Shown piece by piece: positions 8,805-18,598 of a stretch of 38,968 nucleotides of DNA. Each line of letters starts with the position of its first letter. Within the stretch, counting starts at the first letter, position 1. The position numbers were made by a program, and so were the translations under genes. Under the pieces are notes generated by a model. That model did no database searches. It worked only from the letters and a program-made list of their open reading frames with translations, and had not been told where the DNA came from. Location of the stretch: sequence record DRR723986_9070, one strand, 5' to 3'.

Positions 8805-9004
8805 TTTTCATCTCCTTCAGGGTGGTCGTTTTGCGTGGAGCGGACGGCGTCCCGCAAACGCAAGGCCGGCGTGATTAGGCTTGCACACAAAATGCACAGA
8901 AATCCGATCCATGTCAGAGCAGCCTGATCTGATGTGGTCCCCGAACTGACAAGTGGGATAGACAAAAGATAGAGAAACAACGGCAAATTCGATAGCCTGA
9001 TCAT
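8801..9004 (-). CDS. Small 2-TM membrane protein
   Basis: 67 aa with two hydrophobic helices. GGAG RBS. Lies 11 bp after the permease stop, and its stop overlaps the GGT start (ATGA). Confidence 0.7.
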   Translation of the reverse strand: MIRLSNLPLFLYLLSIPLVSSGTTSDQAALTWIGFLCILCASLITPALRLRDAVRSTQNDHPEGDEK

Positions 9005-9015
9005 CTACTTACTCC

Positions 9016-10653
9016 TTATGTAACGCTGACAAGCACAACAGTCAGGGCGCCGGTGATAAGTGCAATGGCAAGGGTCCAAGGCAGGGTTAGTCGCAGAATG
9101 TCGCCTTCCTTGCCAACGATTCCGGTTGTGCTTGTCCCAAGGACCGCGTTCGCCGGTGCGATGGCGTTCCCGATTGCGCCACCCGCGCTTTGCGCAGCAA
9201 TAATCGGTGACTGGGGTAGGTTTTCCAGACCGGCAATTGTGCTTTGGAGCGGCGAGAAGAGAACGTTCGACGCAGTATTGCTCGACGTCATGAACGCCCC
9301 GAAAATCCCAATTCCATTAGCTAAAAAGGCGAACACCAATGGGGGTGTAAACGCTTGGATACCAAATGCGAGCACAGACGTCTGACCACTATGATCCAAA
9401 ACCCGGCTCATGATCAGGTAACTGACAACCGCCATCGATGTCGGAACGGCTGCAGAGACCAGCTCTGGTCCGAACTTTGGAACTTCGACCCGTTTGGCCC
9501 ACGCTGCAAAATAGCCTTTTGAAGTGAAAACAATCCAAGTGACCAACGAGGTGATCAAAAGGAAGAATCCGGGGTGATTAAAGGGGCGCACAGGCGAGTA
9601 TGCCTCTTCCGCGGATCGCACGATGCCGTAACCGGTTTCCACCTGTGGAAACGGCAAACCAAAGCTGTAGGCCGAGATGAAATTGGTTAACGGCGTGATC
9701 GTAAGCATCGGAATGGCGATTGCAGCCAACAGGACATAGGGGAACAGCGCCATTGCAAGGCTCATCACCGGCGCATCTGCTTTGCCGGGTTTGGCGCTGA
9801 AAATACTGCTAGAGCTGTCCATCGCCGGGCTATTGGCGAGGGTCTCGGGGATGGGGTTTTGATATCTCTGCCATTTGGACAGGGGGTAGAGCGCCAAAAG
9901 CGCCAGAGTTCCGGGAACAAAGTTGCTTAGAACGGGGTTAACACCACTAAGCAACATCTGACCACCGCCGTGGATGGTTGCGATAGTCAATATCATTGGC
10001 AAACCGTGTCGAATTGCGGGGCCCTTGCCATAAAGCCATGCGAGCATCATGCCACCAGACACGTTTACAAACCCAAGGAGAAGGGCCGTCTGAAACGCCG
10101 CGAGTTGCGGATCTTGGATATCTATAACTTGGCTGGTCGCGATCCAACTGACACCCAACGTCCCGAACATGTTTGCCCAAGCGTGACCAATCAGCGTCAT
10201 CGCCACCGCATAAACGGGCCGAACACCGATCGCGACAAGAATAGGCGCGGCCACGGCAACAGGTGTTCCAAATCCTGAAATACCTTGGAAAAAGGACGCA
10301 AAAACCCAACCAAATCCAAGAACTAGGAACATTTCGTTTTTGCTGAAATGAACGATCTCTTTTCCCAGTGCATCAAAGGCACCTGACGTTTTTCCCAATA
10401 AGTACAAAATCATCGCGGGCCAAATAACATACAGGATGTAAATCGAATCCCAAGCCCCCTTGGCACCTGCGACGGCTATGTCATTGATCGGCGCCTTGAA
10501 AACCAAAGCGGCAGTCAAGAGGGTACATAATACACCCATTGCGCCTGCCTCGGCTGCTTTCCATCGGTAAAAAACCAGCAAGACAAGCAGCAGAATCATT
10601 GGAAAGATCGCAAGCGACCAATGAAGAAGATCAACAGGTAGATTGGAAATCAC
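9016..10653 (-). CDS. lctP: L-lactate permease (LctP/GlcA family)
   Basis: FFQGISGFGTPVAVAAPILV.IG, FMTSSNTASNVLF..LQ, AAQSAGGAIGNAIAP, many TMs. GTG 10653 follows a GAGG RBS, so it is preferred to the ORF-track start at 10809. Confidence 0.9.
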   Translation of the reverse strand: MISNLPVDLLHWSLAIFPMILLLVLLVFYRWKAAEAGAMGVLCTLLTAALVFKAPINDIAVAGAKGAWDSIYILYVIWPAMILYLLGKTSGAFDALGKEIVHFSKNEMFLVLGFGWVFASFFQGISGFGTPVAVAAPILVAIGVRPVYAVAMTLIGHAWANMFGTLGVSWIATSQVIDIQDPQLAAFQTALLLGFVNVSGGMMLAWLYGKGPAIRHGLPMILTIATIHGGGQMLLSGVNPVLSNFVPGTLALLALYPLSKWQRYQNPIPETLANSPAMDSSSSIFSAKPGKADAPVMSLAMALFPYVLLAAIAIPMLTITPLTNFISAYSFGLPFPQVETGYGIVRSAEEAYSPVRPFNHPGFFLLITSLVTWIVFTSKGYFAAWAKRVEVPKFGPELVSAAVPTSMAVVSYLIMSRVLDHSGQTSVLAFGIQAFTPPLVFAFLANGIGIFGAFMTSSNTASNVLFSPLQSTIAGLENLPQSPIIAAQSAGGAIGNAIAPANAVLGTSTTGIVGKEGDILRLTLPWTLAIALITGALTVVLVSVT

Positions 10654-10812
10654 AGCGTTTTTCCTCGTGGTGGGTGAATGCGCCTGATGGGGCAAAAAAT
10701 TCTTTACTAAATGGTAAACGAAACCAAATTGTTGGCAAAGATCAATCTGAAAGCCACCCTGCACTGGTGCACTCCAAGGTGAGGTCGTAGCAACAGCGAT
10801 CCCACCCAAAGT

Positions 10813-11067
10813 TTAGCGCATTTGCTCCATGTCACGCCGTAACAACCGCTCTTCGTTTAAGATTCTATCGAGCTTTTTTTCGATCTCCCTAGAGGTCACT
10901 GTATTCTTGTAACCCATGATTATCAATTTCACAGAAACCAGAAATACACCGGCTTCCAGCAACAGATCTTGTGTCCATCCTTTCATAAACAAAGCGACGA
11001 TGAAGAGAACGAAAGTTAAAGCAATCACTATCGCTGAAGTGAGCCCTATTGGGTATTTGAAATACAT
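10813..11067 (-). CDS. Small 2-TM membrane protein with a charged coiled-coil tail
   Basis: 84 aa, strong AGGAGG RBS, two TMs, then SREIEKKLDRIL. Confidence 0.75.
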   Translation of the reverse strand: MYFKYPIGLTSAIVIALTFVLFIVALFMKGWTQDLLLEAGVFLVSVKLIIMGYKNTVTSREIEKKLDRILNEERLLRRDMEQMR

Positions 11068-11688
11068 TTATGCCTCCTGGCTCTTGGTCTGAATGGTGCC
11101 GTTCCGAACCGCAGTCGAACACGGTGGTATGTGCTGTACCGGGCTGAAGGTCGGTCTATGAATGCCCAGGAAAAGAGTTGCACTAACGGTGGTGTGACTA
11201 AATCAAAAAGTGCAAAAAGAGCAACGTTATTAGAGAATATCAGTGCAGCTAGAACTCGCCGCCAATTCCAAGCACCCAATTTCAACAGAGTAACTTCTGG
11301 CGCAGCTGGCGCCATCGACATCAGCCCAAACGTTTCAAACACGATGGGCGAAAAATCATTAGAGTCAGGATCCGTTGATTTTCGAGTGCTGGCATGGTTC
11401 ACTGTTCAAAAACACGCGATAAACATGTCCGCTCTATGTTGAATAGTCGCCGCCCAGATAGCGTGTCTTAAGCCTTTTTTGTCCAAGTAGAGCGGCAAAC
11501 CATGCGTTGATGATCGACGTGTGTAAAGTGCCGTGACTTATGGTCTGGTGACACGTGGCAAACCGATAGGAAAGCTGCCCGAAGGCCTTCCTCTCAGCCA
11601 TCGCATTCGCAGTCTAAGTGTCCTGACCCAAGGAATTTTGTGCTTCAATTGGAATCGGAAGATAGTGGTCATTGGGTGAAGACAAATT

Positions 11689-11894
11689 GAGGTCGGGAGA
11701 GTCCGCACAGCCGACTTCGGCATTACATCAGCTTCGCATGCGCAGCGAATGGCCGGTTCCGTTGGGCTGCACTAAAGCGTAAGGTTACACGGTGAATGGC
11801 TGATAAGGGCTGTCCGCGTGACTTTGCAAAGGTCACTAACTGCGCAAAGCGGCCATCTCCAGCGGATGGCTGCTGCCAGCGCAAAGCGGTCGTT
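11689..11894. repeat. Intergenic degenerate repeat cluster 2
   Basis: Dyads at 11689-11718, 11829-11857 and 11865-11894, and a full 67-bp unit at 11746-11812. Confidence 0.75.
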
Positions 11895-11975
11895 TGCCTA
11901 TCATCTAAGATGTTGCCTGACCTAGGCCTAAAGGAACTTAATCCGAGAGCTTTGCGAAGTCTGATGACAGCTCTA

Positions 11976-12167
11976 TTACAGCTTAGGTGGTGTTTGGATC
12001 ATTTTAGTCATGCGACGATTCAGTTCCTTCTCAATGATATTCGACTCGTAAGGTTTCATTTTTTTCCACCTTAGGCATTCCTCCCGTGTGCGGGCACAGC
12101 CAAGACACCAGCCACTCGGGCCAGTAAACTCACAAACATCGATGCAGGGGCTTTTGCGTTTTTTCAT
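11976..12167 (-). CDS. DUF1289-family small Cys-rich protein
   Basis: SPCIDVC...GWCLGCARTREE..RW motif. Start placed at ATG 12167 (MKKRKSPC). Confidence 0.88.
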   Translation of the reverse strand: MKKRKSPCIDVCEFTGPSGWCLGCARTREECLRWKKMKPYESNIIEKELNRRMTKMIQTPPKL

Positions 12168-12328
12168 AGGCGTGAATTTATCGTAAAGGATCGGAGGGTC
12201 AATCAATTGCATTGACAGCTGTTGCTTCAAGAGGTGGCATTGGTTTGAACTTAAGTAGTTGGATGACCACCCTTACGCCCTTCTTACTTCGGAGTATGGA
12301 CAGGCGCAGCCGGACCTACGGACTAACA

Positions 12329-12450
12329 GCAGTCAGCCCAAAGCAAACCCAACCCGCCCTAAGTTAGGCTGGACGCCCTGATGCAGAGAGAGCGGCTTCA
12401 GGCCAATCGCTGCGCCTCGCACTGAGGGCTGCTTAGTGGTGATTGCTGCG
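12329..12450. repeat. Intergenic degenerate repeat cluster 3
   Basis: 12329-12344 is the exact reverse complement of 15722-15737 (GCTTTGGGCTGACTGC). Further GCTGC-containing degenerate units extend to about 12450. Confidence 0.6.
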
Positions 12451-12534
12451 GCACCAAAGGCAACCTTGTGGTTTAGCTTGTCACTTATCGCCAATCGCCT
12501 AGTGTTAAAGGAAGCACAACTGGAAAGGCTTCGT

Positions 12535-13950
12535 ATGCTGCGTCATGCTCTATGTATTTTCCTTCTAGTCCTGAGCGGCTTGATGGTCCTCATTGTGCCG
12601 TCCGCCTATGCACAAACGATTGATGACTCCGGCCAAACACAGCTCCCGTCCGAAGACCCCACGCCCATGCTGACTGAAGCTGGCGAAATCGATATCGACA
12701 AGTTGGCCAAGGAATTCAATCTGCCTTCACGTATCCTGGATCCTCGGATCGAAAGCCAGCGTTTGGAGCTTTTGTTATTGCCGCTGACTGAGAAGCAGCT
12801 CGCCGCGGCATCCGAGGCCTGGCAGCGCATTGTTCAGGAACAAACTCAAGACGTGGTCGATGCCACGTTGCGGGTCAGTGAAATGGACGGGGAAACCGCT
12901 GATCTATTTCGAGGGCGCGTCACCGAACTTGCCGAAAAACGTCGGCACCTATTCGACAATTTTGTTCTCGTCTTGAACGACTGGCAGAAAAAAGGCGGTG
13001 ACGCGGATGAAATCGCCAAATACCGGGCCTACCGCAGCTCCATTATCATCGACGAAATCCGCAACGCGGATGTTGAAACTTTGCGCCAGCGCACGGTGAA
13101 GTGGCTCGCAGCGCGTGACGGCGGCATCGAAGTCGCAATTGATGGGGCAGTCGTTGTGGTGTCCCTACTCGGGTTGCTATTTGTAGCTAGGATAATCCGC
13201 GCCGTGACCCGACGTGGGATGAGTCGAGTAAAAGGCATGTCGTTTCTAATGGCTGCCTTTTTGGGTGGGCTCTTTTATTGGCTGACCCTGGTCATCGGGT
13301 TGATACTAGTTCTGTCGCTTCTGGGCATGGACGTTACACCGCTGTTCGCCGTGGTTGGTGGAGCCAGTTTTATTTTGGCCTTTGCTATGCAGGAAACTAT
13401 CGCCAACTTTTTCAGCGGACTTATGATCATGATGAATAAACCATTCGACGAAGGTGACTATGTCGACCTTGAAGGTTTTGCCGCGGGCACCGTCCAACAG
13501 ACCAACTTGATTTCAACGACCATTGCCACGGTCGACAACAAGATCATCGCTGTCCCGAATAACAGGGTCTGGAACAGCGTGATTACCAATGTCACGGCCA
13601 GCTCAACACGACGCGTCGATATGGTCTTCGGCATCAGTTATTCTGACAGCATAGGACATGCGATCAATCTGCTCGAAGAGCTGATCGAGGCCCACCCGCT
13701 TGCGCTGGAGACGCCTAAACCGGTGATCTGCGTCGGAGAGTTGGCAGATTCTTCAGTCAACCTACTGTGTCGTCCTTGGTCGAAGACAGAGGACTACTGG
13801 GAGCTATACTGGGGTATGCAACAGCTGGTGAAAGAACGTTTTGACGCAGAAGGTATCTCGATCCCATTCCCGCAACGTAGCGTGCATTTGGAAAAGGCTA
13901 GCCCCGATCTTGAAACACAAAAAGCGGCATCGGTTATAGACACGGCCTGA
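12535..13950 (+). CDS. MscS-family small-conductance mechanosensitive channel with a periplasmic helical N-terminal domain
   Basis: Signal peptide ending SAYA. FAMQETIANFFSGLMIMMNKPFDEGDYV, VPNNRVWNSVITN, RRVDMVFGISY, ELADSSVN, GISIPFPQRSVH. ATG 12535 follows GGAAAGG. Confidence 0.93.
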   Translation: MLRHALCIFLLVLSGLMVLIVPSAYAQTIDDSGQTQLPSEDPTPMLTEAGEIDIDKLAKEFNLPSRILDPRIESQRLELLLLPLTEKQLAAASEAWQRIVQEQTQDVVDATLRVSEMDGETADLFRGRVTELAEKRRHLFDNFVLVLNDWQKKGGDADEIAKYRAYRSSIIIDEIRNADVETLRQRTVKWLAARDGGIEVAIDGAVVVVSLLGLLFVARIIRAVTRRGMSRVKGMSFLMAAFLGGLFYWLTLVIGLILVLSLLGMDVTPLFAVVGGASFILAFAMQETIANFFSGLMIMMNKPFDEGDYVDLEGFAAGTVQQTNLISTTIATVDNKIIAVPNNRVWNSVITNVTASSTRRVDMVFGISYSDSIGHAINLLEELIEAHPLALETPKPVICVGELADSSVNLLCRPWSKTEDYWELYWGMQQLVKERFDAEGISIPFPQRSVHLEKASPDLETQKAASVIDTA

Positions 13951-13991
13951 GTACATACGCTTGCTGATTGTATGCCATGTGCGCCAAGGTA

Positions 13992-14762
13992 TCAGTTGCA
14001 TTGGTCGTATCGATAATCGCCGAACTCCAGCCAGTTTTCACCACCATCCTGAAAGACCAGAAACTCCGATCTGTCTTCTCCCAGCAGAGCGACCACGAAA
14101 CTCTTCGGGGGCTCTGAGTTTCCAAAATAGCTATAGGCGGTCATAGCCCTAGTTGCCTCACCGTTAACAGTAACCCGCGCATCCCATTCCCCCTCTGGAT
14201 TATCGAGGATCAGATATTCGATCTGGCGCTTCACACCGCCACCGCCGCAATAGACCACGCCTTCGGGTGCCTCGTACTGCGCGGCACTCTGCGTGCCACC
14301 ACTGCATGCAGACCGTAGCGAGTTGATCATTGCACCTGACCCTTTCAAATCAAATATTCCATAGGTGATATCCTGATCGATCATAGACAGGCTGACTGAT
14401 GCGTTCGCCGCTATCTGATCCAGCACATAGCTGTAGTCCGCTCCGTTCCGGAACACGACTTCTACAGGAAAATTGTCAACGATCTGAATATCCGCATTTT
14501 CCTGACCAGCCTGAAAGGCCCCCACTTCAGTTGTTCCGTTTTTCATGAACCGAATGGACAAACCCTGTTTGGCGACAATGTCCTGGCTATCTTCGTACCC
14601 CTCCGGTGCGAAACGGATGCGGTCGCATTGCAGTTCCAACGTTGAATTGTTGGTCTGAATAAATGCATTCGGGGTGGTACCTGAACTGAAAGCCCAATCC
14701 GCAAAGGCAGGGGATGACACCGTCAGCACCAGTGCAACGCTTCCAAGAATGCGGTTTTTCAT
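13992..14762 (-). CDS. Secreted hypothetical protein (two putative domains, 4 Cys)
   Basis: Signal peptide ending PAFA, GGAG RBS, 256 aa, Ser/Gly/Ala linker near aa 153-162. Confidence 0.85.
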   Translation of the reverse strand: MKNRILGSVALVLTVSSPAFADWAFSSGTTPNAFIQTNNSTLELQCDRIRFAPEGYEDSQDIVAKQGLSIRFMKNGTTEVGAFQAGQENADIQIVDNFPVEVVFRNGADYSYVLDQIAANASVSLSMIDQDITYGIFDLKGSGAMINSLRSACSGGTQSAAQYEAPEGVVYCGGGGVKRQIEYLILDNPEGEWDARVTVNGEATRAMTAYSYFGNSEPPKSFVVALLGEDRSEFLVFQDGGENWLEFGDYRYDQCN

Positions 14763-14840
14763 AAGATTTCTCCGGAGTGTATCAGTAGTTTATTGAGAGG
14801 CGTACAAGATGAATTTCCTCATTCGCCATATGGCTTTGGC

Positions 14841-15356
14841 TCAAATCACTGGAGAACCATATTCATTGTTTCCATCCTGTAACGGTCGGGTCAGCCACCA
14901 GATCATCAGAACAGAGAGAATGAGTTGCAGAGCCAAGACAACGGCCAATCCAGTGATCCCAAGGATGGCCGCTGGCTCCCTCAGGGCTTCGGGATCACGC
15001 CCACCTTGCTCAAGAACTGAAAAGATGGCCACGTCGCTAAACAGCATGATCATCGTAACGACGCCGAGTGCCGTCGGCAGTAGCAAATACCATCCGGGTC
15101 TCCCGGTGTCATGCAGTCGCCGCCACCCAGCAGCAAGCATAGGAACGACAACGGCGAGTTGGAAAACTGGGGTCAAGACCTGCGCGCCTTCGCCGGTCTT
15201 AGGATCGACGCCAAAAAATAATGTATCGAGCACAGCCAAAACAACACTCAGCAGAACCATGAACAAGACAAACCACCAGTATTCGGAACGCGCCGCGCGT
15301 CCCGCAAAAACAAAATATTTACTGAGGCATGTTTTGATTGCTTCAATGAAACCCAT
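14841..15356 (-). CDS. DUF805 (YhaH/YhaI-like) membrane protein
   Basis: KYFVFAGRAARSEYWWF, RRLHDTGRPGWYLL, GNNEYG. Confidence 0.93.
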   Translation of the reverse strand: MGFIEAIKTCLSKYFVFAGRAARSEYWWFVLFMVLLSVVLAVLDTLFFGVDPKTGEGAQVLTPVFQLAVVVPMLAAGWRRLHDTGRPGWYLLLPTALGVVTMIMLFSDVAIFSVLEQGGRDPEALREPAAILGITGLAVVLALQLILSVLMIWWLTRPLQDGNNEYGSPVI

Positions 15357-15489
15357 TTTCCTTACCCCCTGAAACTTTGACTTACACTTTTGACTGTAAG
15401 CAAATTAATGCAAGGAGAAGATTACCGCGCTGCAGGTGCGTCAGTTGGCTTTGGCTGCGCTGCCGTTATCCCCTGTTCGGAAATGCTGC

Positions 15490-15921
15490 GCGATGCACGA
15501 ATGACCGCAACGCGAAGGCTGCAACCCTGCATAGGAAACACCGGTGAAGGTCGGCAGTGGGCCGGACACGCTCCGAAAGGAGCCGACAGTTTGCAGTTTT
15601 GAAGGGGCAGCTTGCGATACCAGCGAAATCGCTCGTGCTTGGTTGAATGGCCGCTTTCGGTGAAATGTTTCGCAAATCTCGCGAATGCAGTATCCGGAGC
15701 CTCGCGCCAGATCTGATGACCGCTTTGGGCTGACTGCAGCCAATCCGTACCTGGTGCAGCGAACGGCAGTAGGGAGCCCATTTTGGCCGAATTTCTGTGC
15801 CGTAGCTAAAGTCCGTTCTAGGGTGACAATAAAAATCAGCCTCGAAATTCGGCCCATTGGAGACCTTCATTTTGTCAAACCACGCCGCAGCGCAGCGCTT
15901 GCGTTGCGGTCATTCGCTGCG
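15490..15921. repeat. Intergenic degenerate repeat cluster 4 (two inverted 67-bp units with internal dyads)
   Basis: 67-bp units at 15498-15564 (+) and 15850-15916 (-) share a perfect 16-mer. TGAATGGCCGCTTTC at 15644-15658. Dyads at 15715-15744 and 15762-15791. Confidence 0.8.
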
Positions 15922-16137
15922 CCTGAGAGATTTATGCGTTGTTCAAGGACGGCAGAGCGGACTAAATTGACGTCGTATCCAGCCGAGGGAAACCGCATCG
16001 GTTGGTGTATTCAGCCAATATTGTCATGCCATATCTCGTGTCTTAGCGCCTCTTTAATGGGGTAATCCGCGAAAAATTCTGCCTTGCTTTGATATCACAG
16101 GATAGTGCTGAGAATGAAATGCAGCTGGGGCAAATGT

Positions 16138-16650
16138 TCAGGGCGGCGCAATCAAGGTTGCTGTGACTTCGATGAGGACTGGCGCGTTTCTGGGCAGGCT
16201 TTTCACGCCAATCACGGCACGGACATGTCGCCCTTGGTCCCCCAATGTTTCGTTAAAGTAGTGTGACGCGCCGTCGGCTACAGCCGAAATATCCTCAAAT
16301 GTATCGTCATGTGCCACGTAACAGGTCAGGCGAAGTATTCGGTCAAGATTGCTAAGCCCGCCGGCGGAATGATTTAGCCATGCAAGAGCTTGTTGGGCAC
16401 AAATCCGAGCAGATTGCGCCGCTTCTTTCGCAGAAACATCGAGGCCAACTTTTCCGGTGTGGGACAGTTCTCCGTTTTGTTTAGAGATTTGCCCCGCCAC
16501 AAAAGCCACCTTGTCGGTAAAAGTCACCAGTTCATAAGGGTATCTTGTTCCCTCTGGCGCAGGAAGGCTGCGCACGATTTCTGCGAGGCGCAAAGCAACC
16601 ACTCGATCAGTTTCATGTGAATTATTAGTGACGCTACTCATGTTATGCAT
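16138..16650 (-). CDS. Rid (YjgF/YER057c/UK114)-family protein
   Basis: FVAGQI, GKVG.DVS, VADGAS, GRHVRAVIGVKSLPRNAPVLIE (conserved Arg and Glu). Start overlaps the TRAP permease stop. Confidence 0.9.
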   Translation of the reverse strand: MHNMSSVTNNSHETDRVVALRLAEIVRSLPAPEGTRYPYELVTFTDKVAFVAGQISKQNGELSHTGKVGLDVSAKEAAQSARICAQQALAWLNHSAGGLSNLDRILRLTCYVAHDDTFEDISAVADGASHYFNETLGDQGRHVRAVIGVKSLPRNAPVLIEVTATLIAPP

Positions 16651-18520
16651 CTTTTGGATTTGAGGATTTCAGGTTGTATCTTTGCGCCATCCACACACCA
16701 ATGATGCCGACTAAGCCGATTGCATTCAGCACGAGGGTTGGTGTGATCAATAGCGCTGCGCCAATGAGAAGCACGCCGCGACCGATCCAGTTCAATGATC
16801 GGCCCCCAAGCCAGCCTGTCAGCGCGATAGATAGACAGACAATCGCAACACCGGAACGCGCCAATACGGTGATGAGGTCGGGCCAATTCCCCTGACCAAG
16901 CAATTCTGAATTGGCGACAAACAGGAAGGGAATCACATATGCGGGCATCCCTAGCAAGAATGCACGCCATCCGACGGCGTTGGAGCTTGTGTCCGCTATC
17001 GGGGCCGCCGCAAATGCGGCCACAGCGACAGGTGGCGTGATTTGCCCAAGTACCGCGTAGTAAAACACAAACAAATGCGCTGCGAGCGGATCCGCTCCCA
17101 GCTCTACCAGAGCCGGGGCAACGAGCGTGGCTTGAATGATATATGCGGGTGTTGTTGGCATTCCCATGCCGAAAATAAACGCAGCAATCATCGCGAGGAA
17201 TAGAGCCACGTAAAGGTTACCGTCTGCGAATGCGATGACCAAGCTGCTGAATCGAAATCCAAGTCCAGAAATCTGAACAATTCCAACAATGATACCGGCA
17301 GAGGCACAGGCGATTGCGACCGTTACAGCGGCGCGGGCGCCCAGTTCTAGCCCTTTGGCCAACACTGCAGGTGAAACCCAAGTTGACCGGCGCAAAAACG
17401 GCGTGGCAAGCGTTGCGACGACCCCATAGAAGGCACATAAGCTTGGGGTATATCCTTGGACGAGGAAGGTCATGATCGCGACAAGGGGAAACAGGAAAGT
17501 CCAGCCTGCCTTAAACTCGCGCCAAGTTGTTCCTTTTTCGCTGCGCGCAAGTGGCTGCAGCCCATGCTTCAGCGCTTCCCAGTGCACGGCCACAAACAAG
17601 GATGCGAAAAACAGAAAAGCTGGGAGTGCGGCAGCGGTTATGACGTCCTGGTAACTGATCCCAAGGATGGCCGCCATGAGGAACGCGGCGGCGCCCATAA
17701 TCGGGGGGGTGATCTGCCCGCCAGTCGAAGCTACGGCTTCAACAGCTCCCGCGAAGGCCCTCGGGTAGCCCAGTTTTTTCATCATTGGAATGGTGATCGC
17801 ACCCGTCGTCGCCACATTGGCAACGGAACTGCCAGACATAGTCCCCATCAGAGCGCTGGCGACGACCGCCATTTTGGCTGGGCCACCACGTGTGGATCCA
17901 GTTGCGGCTTTGGTGACATTTACGAAAAAATCCCCTCCACCGATGACTTGCAGTAGCGACCCGAAGACCACAAACAAGAAGATAAAGTTTGTAGACACGC
18001 CGAGGGCAACACCAAAAATGCCCTCAAAGCTGAAATACATTTGATCAACGAATTCATTGATGCCGACGCCTTTATGGGCAAGTGGCCGCAAGAAATCGAC
18101 ATGGCGCAGATAGGGGCCGACAAAACCGTAGGCGATGAAAAACAGACACAGCCCGGTGATCGCTTTGCCCAAAGATCGGCGTGTGAGTTCCAGAACAACA
18201 AGGATCGTTCCAAAGGCGACAAACAATTCTATCGGGGTCGCCACTTGTGTCCAGGGCGGGCGGATGACGATGTACTGATGGAATACGATGAGGTACCCAA
18301 CACAGACGCAAGACAGGGCAATCAAAGCAGCATCAATTGATTTTCCAAGTCGAGTGTCTGACCAGCGATAAATCAAAAATCCGATAACCAGCGAGAATAG
18401 AAGGTGGGCGCCCCGCACAATGAGGTCGGGTAAAATTAAGAACGGTGAGGCAACCAGCAGGTGAAACAGAGCCATTGTAACCGCTAACGCGGCAACGGTT
18501 TTTTCAACATTTCCAGTCAT
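16643..18520 (-). CDS. TRAP transporter fused 4TM/12TM permease (TAXI-associated)
   Basis: RGGPAKMAVVASALMGTMSGSSVANV, EAVASTGGQITPPIMGAAAF, GMGMPTTPAY, ITPPVA. Confidence 0.95.
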   Translation of the reverse strand: MTGNVEKTVAALAVTMALFHLLVASPFLILPDLIVRGAHLLFSLVIGFLIYRWSDTRLGKSIDAALIALSCVCVGYLIVFHQYIVIRPPWTQVATPIELFVAFGTILVVLELTRRSLGKAITGLCLFFIAYGFVGPYLRHVDFLRPLAHKGVGINEFVDQMYFSFEGIFGVALGVSTNFIFLFVVFGSLLQVIGGGDFFVNVTKAATGSTRGGPAKMAVVASALMGTMSGSSVANVATTGAITIPMMKKLGYPRAFAGAVEAVASTGGQITPPIMGAAAFLMAAILGISYQDVITAAALPAFLFFASLFVAVHWEALKHGLQPLARSEKGTTWREFKAGWTFLFPLVAIMTFLVQGYTPSLCAFYGVVATLATPFLRRSTWVSPAVLAKGLELGARAAVTVAIACASAGIIVGIVQISGLGFRFSSLVIAFADGNLYVALFLAMIAAFIFGMGMPTTPAYIIQATLVAPALVELGADPLAAHLFVFYYAVLGQITPPVAVAAFAAAPIADTSSNAVGWRAFLLGMPAYVIPFLFVANSELLGQGNWPDLITVLARSGVAIVCLSIALTGWLGGRSLNWIGRGVLLIGAALLITPTLVLNAIGLVGIIGVWMAQRYNLKSSNPKDA

Positions 18521-18598
18521 GAGGGAGACCCTTCCAGAGCGCGCGCCTGAGGCACACTCGATTTCTCAGTGTTGTTTATTGAAGGTAAAGGTGGTCGA

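Noticed and set aside
11046-11442. ORFs 11046..11402 (-) and 11131..11442 (+)
   Set aside because: No recognisable motif or RBS. Possibly a decayed membrane-protein fragment, but unsupported.
11689-15921. Repeat clusters interpreted as a CRISPR array or integron attC sites
   Set aside because: No identical direct repeats with regular unique spacers, no cas or intI gene, and no RYYYAAC...GTTRRRY cores.
15390-16065. Several overlapping 70-138 aa ORFs in the DUF805-Rid spacer (likewise 11796..12074, 6934..7122 and 29284..29571)
   Set aside because: They run through the GC-rich repeat clusters, lack RBS and domains, and conflict with each other.
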